DNA from: Vulcanimicrobiota bacterium
GTDB lineage: Bacteria > Vulcanimicrobiota > Vulcanimicrobiia > Vulcanimicrobiales > Vulcanimicrobiaceae
NCBI GenBank assembly: GCA_963723515.1
Contig: CAVRQT010000003.1
Span: 512,001 to 576,000 of the forward strand
Reading direction: 5' to 3'
DNA length: 64,000 bases
Below are positions 17,995 through 27,689 of this stretch, in pieces. Positions within the stretch are counted from its first letter, which is position 1, and each line of letters opens with the position of its first letter. The notes below the pieces were generated by a model. The model was not told the origin of the DNA. It was given only the letters and a program-made list of their open reading frames with translations, and ran no database searches. Both the position numbers and the translations under genes were made by a program.

Positions 17995-18398
17995 ACAGCT
18001 TTCGCTTCCCGTTGCAGGCGCTGCTGGATCACAAGACAGGAATCGAGGCGCGATTACGAGGCGAAGTTGCGTCTTGCGCAAAGGCGTGCGCCGCGGCGCA
18101 ATCGCACTTGAGACGCCTCACTGAAAAACTGAATCTCTGCAACAGCGGATCTGATTTACGCTTGCGCGCTTTGCACGCACAGTATCTGGACGATGCAATT
18201 CGCGAACAGATGCGCCTGATCGAAAAGTGCGAGGCGTCCCTTACCTCGGCGCAAGGCGCGCTGCGCTCGGCGGCGATTCAAAAATTCGCATTGGAGCGGC
18301 TCAGGGAGCGACGTTGGAAGGCGCACGTGGATGCGCAAGAGCGCGCGGAAGAAAGCGAACTGGAGGAAAGCAACCTGCATCGCCGCGCAGTGCAATAA
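17991..18398 (+). CDS. FliJ-like flagellar export chaperone
   Basis: N-terminal FRFPLQALLD, coiled coil, C-terminal LERLRERRW..E..ELEE; GTG overlaps the purA stop. Confidence 0.65.
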   Translation: MNSFRFPLQALLDHKTGIEARLRGEVASCAKACAAAQSHLRRLTEKLNLCNSGSDLRLRALHAQYLDDAIREQMRLIEKCEASLTSAQGALRSAAIQKFALERLRERRWKAHVDAQERAEESELEESNLHRRAVQ

Positions 18399-18401
18399 AG
18401 C

Positions 18402-18692
18402 ATGCATATCGCTGGTTCGTACGCGATCGGACTTGCAACCGTCGGGTTAGCGCTGGCCGCCTTCTATATAATCGCGCGAGCATGGAAAGCCGGACGCTTT
18501 GGTTTGCCTTCGCAAAAGCGCCTGATTTCCGTTGTCGAGACCGCGATCTTAAATCAGCATGCCGTGCTGCAAATCGTTCGCGTCGGCACGCGCTATTACG
18601 CGATTACCGGTGCAGCCGCACACATTACGGTTATCGCCGAGCTGGCGGCTCCAGAGATCGAAGACTTCGCGCGAAGCTTAGAAGTAAGTTAG
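18402..18692 (+). CDS. FliO-like flagellar biosynthesis protein
   Basis: One TM helix followed by I.VVET..L....LQIVRVG.RYY. Confidence 0.6.
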   Translation: MHIAGSYAIGLATVGLALAAFYIIARAWKAGRFGLPSQKRLISVVETAILNQHAVLQIVRVGTRYYAITGAAAHITVIAELAAPEIEDFARSLEVS

Positions 18693-19697
18693 CTGCCCCA
18701 CTTTGCCCGGGACATTTTCAGTGAAGTAGACCTTTCCGTCCACACCGAGCGTTAAGCCGAACGGCATTGCATTCGCAGTCGGAATCGCAAACTCGACGAC
18801 CGTTCCCTTGGTCGTATCGTACTGCGCGATCTTATTGCCGGCGGGATCGCCAAAATACAATTTGTTGTCGATGCCGACGACCAATCCGCGAATTGAAGCG
18901 GCCGGTGCGATCGACAATTCGCTCATCTGCCCGGCGAGGGTGATGCGTCCAAGTTTGTGCGCGGCGGGTTCACAGAACCACAAGGCGCCGTCCGGTCCCT
19001 GAACGATCGTCTGCGGCTGCGCATTTGGCGTGATCGTTGGATATTCGTTCGTGAATGAGCCGCCCGTGAGCATTCGCCCGATCGCGGATCGATTGAATTC
19101 GGTGAACCAGATTGCCGTATCAGGCCCTTGGAACAGCGAGTATGGGCCCGCGTTGGGTTGCGGAACCGTAAATTCGCTTAACAAGATGCCGGCGGTCGTC
19201 ATGACACCGATGCGGTTCGCGCCGAATTCCGTGAAAAATAAGTTACTCCCCATCGGCGTCCCGGCAGCGATGATTTCTTGCGGATGCGTTCCCGGGCTAA
19301 GCGGATATTCCGTGAATCCGCCCGACGCGGGCGTAATGCGTCCCAGCCGGTCGGCAGTCGAATACGTTATCCAAAGGCCGCCGTCAGGACCGGTTACAAT
19401 CGATGAAGGGCCGGCTTTGGGCGTGATCGTTGCATATTCGGTGACGGCACTCACGCCCGCAATCTTGGCGATCTTGCTTGCGATCTGCTCCGTTACCCAA
19501 ATGTTCGAATCAGGTCCGCGCGTGATTGCAGTCGGTCCACCGTTTGCCGTCGGAAGCTGGATCTCAAGCGACACATTCGGCGCAACAGGCGTTGGCGAAG
19601 GTGAAGGCCCAAAGAGATTCGGGTTGCCGCTGCCGCACCCGGCAAAGGCGAGCGCACAAAGCAGTGAGGTGATGAATAGCCCCGCGGAACGCTGCAT
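18678..19697 (-). CDS. Lipoprotein, Vgb (virginiamycin B lyase)-like beta-propeller
   Basis: Lipobox FAGC; repeated P..I..GPDG.LWF.E....IGR blades. Confidence 0.85.
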   Translation of the reverse strand: MQRSAGLFITSLLCALAFAGCGSGNPNLFGPSPSPTPVAPNVSLEIQLPTANGGPTAITRGPDSNIWVTEQIASKIAKIAGVSAVTEYATITPKAGPSSIVTGPDGGLWITYSTADRLGRITPASGGFTEYPLSPGTHPQEIIAAGTPMGSNLFFTEFGANRIGVMTTAGILLSEFTVPQPNAGPYSLFQGPDTAIWFTEFNRSAIGRMLTGGSFTNEYPTITPNAQPQTIVQGPDGALWFCEPAAHKLGRITLAGQMSELSIAPAASIRGLVVGIDNKLYFGDPAGNKIAQYDTTKGTVVEFAIPTANAMPFGLTLGVDGKVYFTENVPGKVGQLTYF

Positions 19698-19730
19698 CGA
19701 TACTCCTATGGAAACGGATTGCTGTGGCGG

Positions 19731-21306
19731 TCAGTTCGCCGGGCGCGCCCCGTATCCGCCACCACCGGGAGTCTGAATCGCGATCGTATCGCCGGCAAGT
19801 AATGCAATGGTTGTTTTGGCCGGCAGCAGCGAGCGCGCGCCATCGCGCACGAGATGATGGTTTCCGCAACAGCCCGCCTCTCCACCGGAAGCGCCCGGCG
19901 GCCGCGTTCGGTGACGGTCGGCCAGCAACGAGCAGCGCGCCGTTCCGCCGGTCAATTGCAAACATCGGATCAGTCCATCGCCTCCTCGGTGACGGCCGTT
20001 GCCGCCCGTGCGATCGGCAAGCTCGTAGCGCGTAACGCGAAGCGGATAAGATCGCTCGATGGCTTCAATCGGCGTATTGAGTGTGTTGGTCATGTGAGAG
20101 TGGATGCCGCTCGGGCCATCGCTCGTCGGCCGCGCGCCCATGCCGCAACCGTTTGTCTCGTAGAAGGCCCAGCTTTCGCCCGTCGTCCGTTTCGCCGCCG
20201 ATCATCACGTTGCTCATCGTGCCGCCGCTGCACGCCGGGACCCGTTCCGGCGCCGCCTTCGCTAGTGCTTGCAGCAGTAAGTCGGCGTTCCGCATGCTGG
20301 TTTCCACATTGCCGCCGCCGACCGGAGCCGGCCGCCGAGGATTGAGCAGCGTTCCGTCCGGCACGTGAACGGTAACGGCGCGAAAACAACCGTCGTTCAT
20401 TGGGATCGTCCAATCGGTTACCGCGCGCAGTGCGTAGTGAATGCCTGAAAGCGTCACCCCGTAGACCGCGTTCAAGGGAATGTTCACTTGGGGCGAGGTT
20501 CCGGTGTAATCGAAATGCACCGTACCATCTTGGAGCAGAATTGATACGCGCAAGACGAGCGTCGGTTTTCCGGCTGCATCTTCTAAGTGGTCGCTGCACG
20601 TAAACGTCCCATTGCCCAGCTCTCTCAGATTGGCGCGCATTCGTTGCTCGCTCGCGTCGAGGATGCGTTCGGTTGCCTCTTCGAACGTCGTGAGGCCGTA
20701 ACGCTCGATCAACTCCAGCAGGCGCCGTTCGCCCGTGAAATTTCCAGCTACCTGCGCGCGCAGATCTCCGGCACGCGCTCCAGGCGTTCGGGAGTTCGCT
20801 GCGAGCCAATCGACGGCAGCTGCTAGAATCGTGTCGTTTTCGACCAGCAGCGTCGGCGGTACGACGAGACCTTCCGCGAAGAGATCCGCGGCGGTCGCCG
20901 AGATCGAGCCCGGCACCGAGCCGCCGACGTCCGTATGGTGAGCCTTATTCGCCGCAAACCCGACGAGCCGATCGGATGCAAAGATCGGTCGAATGACCGT
21001 AACATCGTTTAAATGCGTGCCGGAGATGTACGGGTCGTTTACCATCCACATCTGACCGGGCCGCAGCGAATACTGACGCTGAATCGCTTCCAACGTGCAT
21101 TTAAGACCCCACGGTAGAGATCCTAAATGGACCGGAATATGCTCCGCTTGCGCGATCAAACGGCCTCGCGCATCGAACAGCGCGCAAGAGTGGTCAAGCC
21201 GTTCTTTGATGTTCGGCGAATAGGCGCTATTGCGCACCGCGATTCCCATCTCTTCGCTTGCGTACAAGAGTGCGCTGCGAATCAGTTCCGGTACGATCGG
21301 GTCCAT
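19731..21306 (-). CDS. Hydantoinase B/5-oxoprolinase family subunit, frameshifted near 20175 (probable sequence error)
   Basis: SPNIKERLDHSCA, HIPVHLG, NDPY..GTHLND, HHTDVGG, GTMSN; second frame WAFYET..MTNTLNTPIE..TPGGGGYG. Confidence 0.88.
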
Positions 21307-21307
21307 G

Positions 21308-21748
21308 CTAGCGCTCGTCATCTCCGATGCCGGTAAGCGCGAGCAGACTTGCGAACGCGCCGTGGCGATCGATGCTGCGCGCCCAAAGACGCTGTGCTCG
21401 CCGCACGCATCGCTCGCGGTCCCGCTGGACGCGTCTTCCGAGATGAACCGCATTGCAACGTTGCGCGCTCTGCAGCAGGATGTCGCAATCGTGGGCGTCG
21501 CCGAGCAGCTGCTGTAATCCGACGAGTGCGCGTTCGGCAGGATTGCATTCGCGCAGCGCGTTGCCGAAGAGCTCGAGCGTGTAGCGCAAGCGCTTGCAGG
21601 CGATGCGAAGGTCGTGAAGCGGCTCCGGTTTAGCATCCTCTAGCGCTGCGGCTTGTGCGAGCACCTCGGCGAATCGAACGCTGACGATTCGCCGCATTGC
21701 CTCCTTGGGGGTGCGTACATCATCAAGCGGAATTTCGCGGCCTTTCAT
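21308..21748 (-). CDS. Half-size CHAD domain protein (C-terminal-half motifs)
   Basis: LHDLRIACKRLRYTLE..LQQLLGDAHD; ATGA overlap with the upstream CHAD gene. Confidence 0.8.
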   Translation of the reverse strand: MKGREIPLDDVRTPKEAMRRIVSVRFAEVLAQAAALEDAKPEPLHDLRIACKRLRYTLELFGNALRECNPAERALVGLQQLLGDAHDCDILLQSAQRCNAVHLGRRVQRDRERCVRRAQRLWARSIDRHGAFASLLALTGIGDDER

Positions 21749-22155
21749 TTGGGCATTCTGAAGCGCACGTCGCGGACGGCCGCCTTTGCCGGTTTGCGCG
21801 CTGCTTTGCGCTGCTTGCGAAGCGGTTTGCAAACGGTATCAATTTCCGCGCGTTCGGCGGGCAATGCCAAGATGCGGTACCGCTCGAGCTTACGGATTAA
21901 GACGTCCGCATCGCGCACTTTGCCGGTCTTCTGGCCAAGCTCTTTGCTATTGTCAATCAGCCGCTGCGCGTTTCGAATGCAGCCGTGAAGGTCTTCAACG
22001 GCCGCGCGAAGACGTCGTGCGTGCGTTCGCAATTTATGGACGTGCGCACCGTTTCGCCACTGCTTGCGCGCTTTGCGCTGAATTTTGCGAACGTCGCTGA
22101 GCCGGCGACCAACGAGCATATTCGCCCAAGCGACAACGTCGGGCGGCGCACTCAT
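21745..22155 (-). CDS. Half-size CHAD domain protein (N-terminal-half motifs)
   Basis: VHKLRTHARRLRA..LG..TGKVRDADV; ATGA overlap with the hydantoinase A stop. Confidence 0.8.
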   Translation of the reverse strand: MSAPPDVVAWANMLVGRRLSDVRKIQRKARKQWRNGAHVHKLRTHARRLRAAVEDLHGCIRNAQRLIDNSKELGQKTGKVRDADVLIRKLERYRILALPAERAEIDTVCKPLRKQRKAARKPAKAAVRDVRFRMPK

Positions 22156-24198
22156 CTTTCGCCTCGCAAGAAGATGGCGTCTTCGTTGAGAGTTGCGCTC
22201 CACCGCTGCGGTATCAACGTTGTGCCATCGTACTCATCCACGATTGCCGGACCCTTGATTCCCCGTGCAAGAGCCCCTCGTTCAACGACCGGAACTTCTC
22301 GCCACGCTCCATCGATCCAGAGCGCGCGACGAGCCGCCCCCGTCACTGCATGTTGCTCAAAGCGATAGGGCAGGGTTTTCCGCGGCGCCGTTGCCGAGAC
22401 GCGAGCGTTGACGATTTCAACCGGTTCGTCGGCAACGCTGTACCCGTATGCTGTCGCGTGCGCTTGGTGGAATGCCGCAACGCTGTCGGCCACCGTTTCC
22501 TTCGAAAGCACATTCAGTTCGTAACTTTGTCCTTGGTAGCGCATATCGAGAGCCTGCGTGAACGTCACATCGTCGAAAGCGATGCGGTCGCGCTCCAGTT
22601 GCGGGCGTAGCTGATTCAGAGCCCGCTCTTGCAATGCCGCAAAGGTCGTTCGCAGATCTTCGTCGGTCATCTGCGTGCGCAGTATGGGCGATGCGGCGCT
22701 GCTTTGCAGCGGCGCGACGATCAGTCCAAAGGCCGAAAAGACCCCGGGCGACGCGGGCACAACGACTGATTGGATCCCGAGCGCTTCGGCGACGGCGCAG
22801 GCGTGCAGCGGCCCGTTACCGCCGAAGGCAAAAAGCGTGAATTCACGCGGATCAAGCCCGCGCTCGACCGTCACGATGCGCAGAATTTTCGCCATCTCGT
22901 TATCGATCAACCGGACGACGCCGTCGGCCGCTTCTATCGTTGACATGCCGGCTCGCGATGCGATCGAAGCGAGCGCCGCGTGCGATCGCTGCGCATCAAT
23001 TGGAAACGTTCCCCCGAGCAACGCATCGCTTCGCAGACGTCCTAAGACAATATTCGCATCGGTAACGGTCGCAAAATCTGCTTTCCCGTAACATGCCGGT
23101 CCTGGATCAGCGCCGGCGGATTGCGGGCCAACCTGCAATCCATGCGCTTCATCGGTTGAGGCAATTGTGCCGCCGCCGGCGCTCGCCTCAGCAAGGTCGA
23201 TGATCGGGAACCTGACCGGATAACCGCTTCCCTTTGCCGGGCGGCCCCCGTGGACGGTGCCGGCGGCTTCGAATTCGTGCGCTACTTGGACGCGACCGTC
23301 GAGGATCGTGCCCGCTTTGGCAGTTGTGCCGCCCATATCAAACGAGAGAACGCGCGCGATGCCGAATCGCTTTGCGAGCGCCGCGGCCGCGATCACGCCA
23401 CTGGCGGGGCCGCTCTCGATCAGCGTCGCCGGTGCGCCGGCAACATCTTGCGCGTCTCGCATCCCGCCCTGCGATTGCATAACGTAGAGCGGTGCGCGAA
23501 TGCCGAGCGCACCGACGCCTCGACGCAACGTGTCAACGTAGTGGCCGACGATCGGAGACAATGCGGCATTTACGACAGCAGTCGAAAAGCGCTCGTATTC
23601 ACGATATTCGGGATTGATTTGCGCCGATTGCGTGACTGCCGCCTCGGGAAGAGCATCCGCGACCATCGCGGCGACACGCTGTTCGTGGGCGGGATTGGCA
23701 TACGAGTTTAAGAGCCCGACGGCGACCGTGCGGATGCCGGCGTCGCCGTACGTGTTCGATCGCCGCGCGAACGTCGCCATCATTGAGTGCCGTCACGACA
23801 TCGCCGCGATAATCGACGCGTTCGCGAACGCTGAGGCGATCCTCGCGTTTCACGAGCGGCCTCGGCCGTTCGACGAAGAGGTTGTAGAGCTCGCTGCGGT
23901 TCTGACGGCCGATCTCGATCAGATCTCTGAATCCAGCCGTGGTGATCAAAGCAACGCGAGGCAGCTCCAAGCCGACCTGTCCCAACAATGCATTAGTGGC
24001 AATCGTCGTCGAGTGGCAGAGCAGTGCAATTTCCGCGTTCGCGTGCTCGGTCTGGAATAGACGCAGCGCATTCAGGACGGCCTTCGCGGGCTCGGCCGGG
24101 GTCGAGGACACTTTGAGCGTCGCAACGGCTCCGTTTTCGTCGACGGCAACGAGGTCCGTAAACGTTCCACCGACGTCAATGCCGATCTGGTAAGGCAT
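22152..24198 (-). CDS. Hydantoinase A/5-oxoprolinase family ATP-binding subunit, frameshifted near 23748 (probable sequence error)
   Basis: IGIDVGGTFTD, TTIATNALL, EYERFST, ESGPASG, DMGGTT, SAGADPGPACY, GLDPR, DMRYQGQ. Confidence 0.9.
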
Positions 24199-24238
24199 CC
24201 GCGCGCTTTCTCGGCGCTGTTGAGGTTACCCTGAGGCG

Positions 24239-24526
24239 CTACAAACGCAAGAAGAAGACCAGAGCAAGAACGCTAAGCGCGGCCCCGATTTGCAGCGCGA
24301 GCACTTTTAAAGCCGCACTGCGTTTTTGCGGGAGCCAGATGATCGCGAAAAATGCAATGATCGCCGCTTGGAGCGGCATCAAGAGCTGAAAGAGATGCGC
24401 TTCAGTGCCTTCATCTGGACTACGCACTAGTCCAAAAGAAATAACGTGAACCACGATCAGCACAATCAGAAATGCGGAAATAACGGGCGGAATAAAGGCA
24501 CTGGGACGCCGCAACAGCATGAGCAT
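24239..24526 (-). CDS. Small membrane protein
   Basis: Three hydrophobic segments and a DEGTEAHLFQLL motif; start uncertain. Confidence 0.6.
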   Translation of the reverse strand: MLMLLRRPSAFIPPVISAFLIVLIVVHVISFGLVRSPDEGTEAHLFQLLMPLQAAIIAFFAIIWLPQKRSAALKVLALQIGAALSVLALVFFLRL

Positions 24527-24567
24527 TTCGATACTTTGTAATACAAAGTAAGCACGGAAAGTCCCTA

Positions 24568-24596
24568 TTGACATCGAACATATGTTCGATTAGCAT
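24568..24596 (+). promoter_or_regulatory. Sigma70 promoter with overlapping LexA box
   Basis: TTGACA-17 bp-TAGCAT; perfect palindrome ATCGAACATATGTTCGAT (24573-24590) fills the spacer. Confidence 0.9.
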
Positions 24597-24604
24597 GGTG
24601 TCCC

Positions 24605-25324
24605 ATGGCTGCCGCGGTTGCTCTAAGTCCCGATCCTGAGCCCCGCCCGGAGCAGCGCCGAAGGGCCTTCGCCGAGTTGAAGGCCGACCTCGACGCGCGA
24701 CATCAAGCGACCCTCTCCGCGCGCTTCACGGCGGCCGATTCCACGCTGATTCGGACCGGCTTCACAGCGCTCGACGCTGCGCTCGGCGGCGGTTTGGTGC
24801 GTGGAACGATCGCGGCTTTCGAAGGTGAGGAAAGCTCCGGACGGACCGCTGTCGCGGCGCGTTTACTCGCCGCGCAAACGCATCGCGGTTTGGCAGCGGC
24901 AATCGACGACGGTTCGCTCTATCCGCCGGCGTTAGTCGCTGCCGGCGTCTTGCTCGAGCGACTGCTCGTGATGCCGGTCAGCGATCCGATCGGCATCGTG
25001 CGCGCTGCGGACATTTTGCTGCGTTCCCGAGCGTTCGGAATCACGTTGATGCCGATCGTTTCCGTGAAAGGAAAACTCTGGGGGCGGTTGGCGAGCTTAA
25101 CGCATCATGCGGGTGCGCTGTTGCTGACGCTAGGTGAAGAAGGTAATCCTGAACTTGGGTATTTTTCCAGCGCGCGGATCCGATTTCGCATCGCTAACGT
25201 CCATTGGACCGACCGCTTCGGGCCATTCGCGCAGCTTGGCGGCTACGACATCCATGCCGACGTCCTTAAAAATAAGCATGCCGCGCCGGGACGCGCTGCC
25301 GATATCTCGGTCGGTGCGGCATGA
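24605..25324 (+). CDS. imuA: ImuA-like RecA-fold mutagenesis accessory protein
   Basis: TGF.ALDAALGGGL.RG, degenerate Walker A GEESSGRT, YPPAL..GV.LERLL; first gene of the cassette. Confidence 0.8.
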   Translation: MAAAVALSPDPEPRPEQRRRAFAELKADLDARHQATLSARFTAADSTLIRTGFTALDAALGGGLVRGTIAAFEGEESSGRTAVAARLLAAQTHRGLAAAIDDGSLYPPALVAAGVLLERLLVMPVSDPIGIVRAADILLRSRAFGITLMPIVSVKGKLWGRLASLTHHAGALLLTLGEEGNPELGYFSSARIRFRIANVHWTDRFGPFAQLGGYDIHADVLKNKHAAPGRAADISVGAA

Positions 25325-26781
25325 GCTTGTTGTGCATGCACGTTCCGGCATATCGTTTGGAAGTTGCGCTTCGCGAACGAGCCGGCGTCTGCAATCCGGC
25401 GGTGATTTTGGCAAATCAGCTTGAGCGGGGGCATGTGATCGAGGCGACGCCGGAAGCGCGACGCTGCGGCGTGCGCATTGGGATGACGCTCGTTCAAGGG
25501 CAAGCTGCGGCGCCGGATGCTACGCTGCTCCTGTACGATCAAACACGCTGCGCGCAACTCTGGGATGACATCCTCGATGCGCTCGATCGCGTCTCTCCGC
25601 TGATCGATTCCAACGTGGAAGGCACCGCGTATCTCGATATGCGTGGCATTGCCGGCTCGCCGCAAGAGTGGATCGCCCAGGCGAAAAACGCAATCGCGCA
25701 TGTCGCATTGCCGTTTCGAGCCGGGATAGCGGAGAATAAATTTGCAGCGCGCGCCGCCGCGATCGTGCGCGACGGCACCCTTTGCGGCAATGGAGAGGAG
25801 TGCCGGCTCGTTGCGCCGCTCAAAGTTGGAACGCTCGATGTCGAGCCCGAAGTCATCGCGCGCTTAGAATTGCTCGGCATCACCACGTTGGAGCAGCTTG
25901 CGGCGCTTCCTCATGGACCATTCGTGCGCCGGTTCGGCACTCGCGCATCCCGGTGGCACCAGAATGCGCAAGGCATCGATCGCACGCCGTTTCTGCCACG
26001 CGCACACCAATTGCAAATTACGGCCGCGCTGTATGGAGAAGGCAGCGTTGAATATGAAGAGCAGGTTTACTTCGCGTTACGAATGCTGGTCGAGCGCCTG
26101 CATGAGGATCTCAACCGCTTAGGAAAGCGGGCCGCGCTGTTGCAGCTCCAGCTCGAATGCGAAAATGGAGATCGCCCTGAAGTCGTCGTTCGAATCGCGC
26201 AACCAACCGCGGAACGCACGATGCTCTTCGATCTGCTGCGCGCGAATGTCGAAGGGCTTCGTTTTGACTCGCCGATTACCGGCCTACGGCTGCAAGCGAC
26301 GGAGTTAGAAAGCGGCGGAACGCCTGCGACGCTTTTTTCGGGGAGCGATCCGGATCCACGTGCAGTTGAACTCGCGCTCGCGCGTCTCGAATCGGCGCTA
26401 GGCACGACGGCAACGCGTGCCTCGCTCGTACCGGCAAACCGCTTGGAATCGAAATTTACCTATGAACGCTTTGGACGGATCCCCGCTCGCTCAAACGAGC
26501 CGCACTCCGTTGATGAGCCGAACGCTCACATTCTCGCGCCACCACAGTTGCGGCTCTTGAAGGTTCGTGAAATCGACGTCGTGACACTCGAGGATGCTCC
26601 GTCGTTTGTCGGTTCGCCGCCCCAAACGGTGCTGCGCTTTGCGGGGCCATGGCGAATCGACGAAGCGTGGTTCGACCGGCGTATCGCGCGCGATGAATAC
26701 GACGTGCTGCTCGAAGATGGTTCGCTGTATCGGATTTTCCGCCAAGGCGCGCATTGGTATCTGCGCGGCGCCTATGATTGA
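25321..26781 (+). CDS. imuB: ImuB, inactive Y-family polymerase scaffold
   Basis: AR..GVRIGM..Q, AYLD, LELLGITTL.QLAAL, C-terminal GPWR..WF..RDEY..WYL.G.YD. Confidence 0.88.
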   Translation: MSLLCMHVPAYRLEVALRERAGVCNPAVILANQLERGHVIEATPEARRCGVRIGMTLVQGQAAAPDATLLLYDQTRCAQLWDDILDALDRVSPLIDSNVEGTAYLDMRGIAGSPQEWIAQAKNAIAHVALPFRAGIAENKFAARAAAIVRDGTLCGNGEECRLVAPLKVGTLDVEPEVIARLELLGITTLEQLAALPHGPFVRRFGTRASRWHQNAQGIDRTPFLPRAHQLQITAALYGEGSVEYEEQVYFALRMLVERLHEDLNRLGKRAALLQLQLECENGDRPEVVVRIAQPTAERTMLFDLLRANVEGLRFDSPITGLRLQATELESGGTPATLFSGSDPDPRAVELALARLESALGTTATRASLVPANRLESKFTYERFGRIPARSNEPHSVDEPNAHILAPPQLRLLKVREIDVVTLEDAPSFVGSPPQTVLRFAGPWRIDEAWFDRRIARDEYDVLLEDGSLYRIFRQGAHWYLRGAYD

Positions 26782-27244
26782 GGCTGCTTGCGAGCGCTTT
26801 CAGCGCATCGCATGGGATTGGCTTCAAAGCGGCGAGCTGACGCGAACGAGCCACTTGCTCTCGCCGCTCGAAGAGCTCGGCGGTTTCAATTACGGCTTTA
26901 TTTATTTGATGCGGGTGAACGCGCACGCATTCAAGATCGGGTTTTCATTGCACCCGACCCGCCGCTTGCATGAGCTGATTCCACAATACGGGGAGCAGTT
27001 GCGCCTCGTGACGTGTTTCGTCGGAGAGCCGTTTGCGGAGCGCATCGTGCATCGGCGTTTTAGAAGTTTGCGGCTGCGCAATGAAATTTTCTACGCGCAT
27101 CCGCTGATCGAGCAGTATTTTGCTCAGGCGCGAGTCGAGACGAAGGAACGCTTGCAGGGAGTGCACATCTGCGCGCCCGATTGTTCGCAGTTCAATAAGC
27201 GGCTCGATTTGAGGCTGCTGAAGAGATGGCTCGCGCGCGCTTAG
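26774..27244 (+). CDS. T5orf172/MUG113-type GIY-YIG nuclease domain protein
   Basis: GFIYLM..FKIGFS.HP.RRL.EL..E..VH.RF..R...E.F; start overlaps the imuB end. Confidence 0.75.
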   Translation: MIEAACERFQRIAWDWLQSGELTRTSHLLSPLEELGGFNYGFIYLMRVNAHAFKIGFSLHPTRRLHELIPQYGEQLRLVTCFVGEPFAERIVHRRFRSLRLRNEIFYAHPLIEQYFAQARVETKERLQGVHICAPDCSQFNKRLDLRLLKRWLARA

Positions 27245-27669
27245 CGGCGCGGCTTGCGCCCAACCACCTCGAGTTTTGTACCGGCCGCGTCTTCGAAGAA
27301 GATCGCGGGATATTCGTCCGGATCTTCGGAGAGCTCGATGTTGCGCGCGCCCATTTCCTGAAGCCGCTTCAACCACTCGTCGAGCTGATCTGGCGCAATA
27401 CGAAAAGCGATCCGCGTGCCGACCGGCTGCATCTGCGGATCTTCAACGAAGTTGATGAAGCACGAGACTCGACCGGCTTGATGCGGCTCACAGTAGTCGA
27501 TAATGTTATAGCGCGTCGCATCCGCTTCGACCCAATTTCCTTCAGAATCAATATACGAATACGTTTTCTCCGTCATGCCGAGCGCCGGCATCAAGCGATC
27601 GTAAAAGGGCTCGACGCTTTTGACGGACTTGACGCGCGTGTCGATATGATCGAAGCCCAAAAACGCCAT
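27241..27669 (-). CDS. VOC (glyoxalase/bleomycin resistance) family protein
   Basis: FDHID.RV..FYD.LM.ALG, RIAF, AIFFED..G.KLEV; GGAG RBS. Confidence 0.85.
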   Translation of the reverse strand: MAFLGFDHIDTRVKSVKSVEPFYDRLMPALGMTEKTYSYIDSEGNWVEADATRYNIIDYCEPHQAGRVSCFINFVEDPQMQPVGTRIAFRIAPDQLDEWLKRLQEMGARNIELSEDPDEYPAIFFEDAAGTKLEVVGRKPRR

Positions 27670-27689
27670 CGCATTGCTCCTGGTAACCG

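Noticed and set aside
18678..19697. Vgb-like gene as a streptogramin resistance determinant
   Set aside because: It is a lipoprotein beta-propeller of a widespread fold family; resistance cannot be inferred from the fold alone
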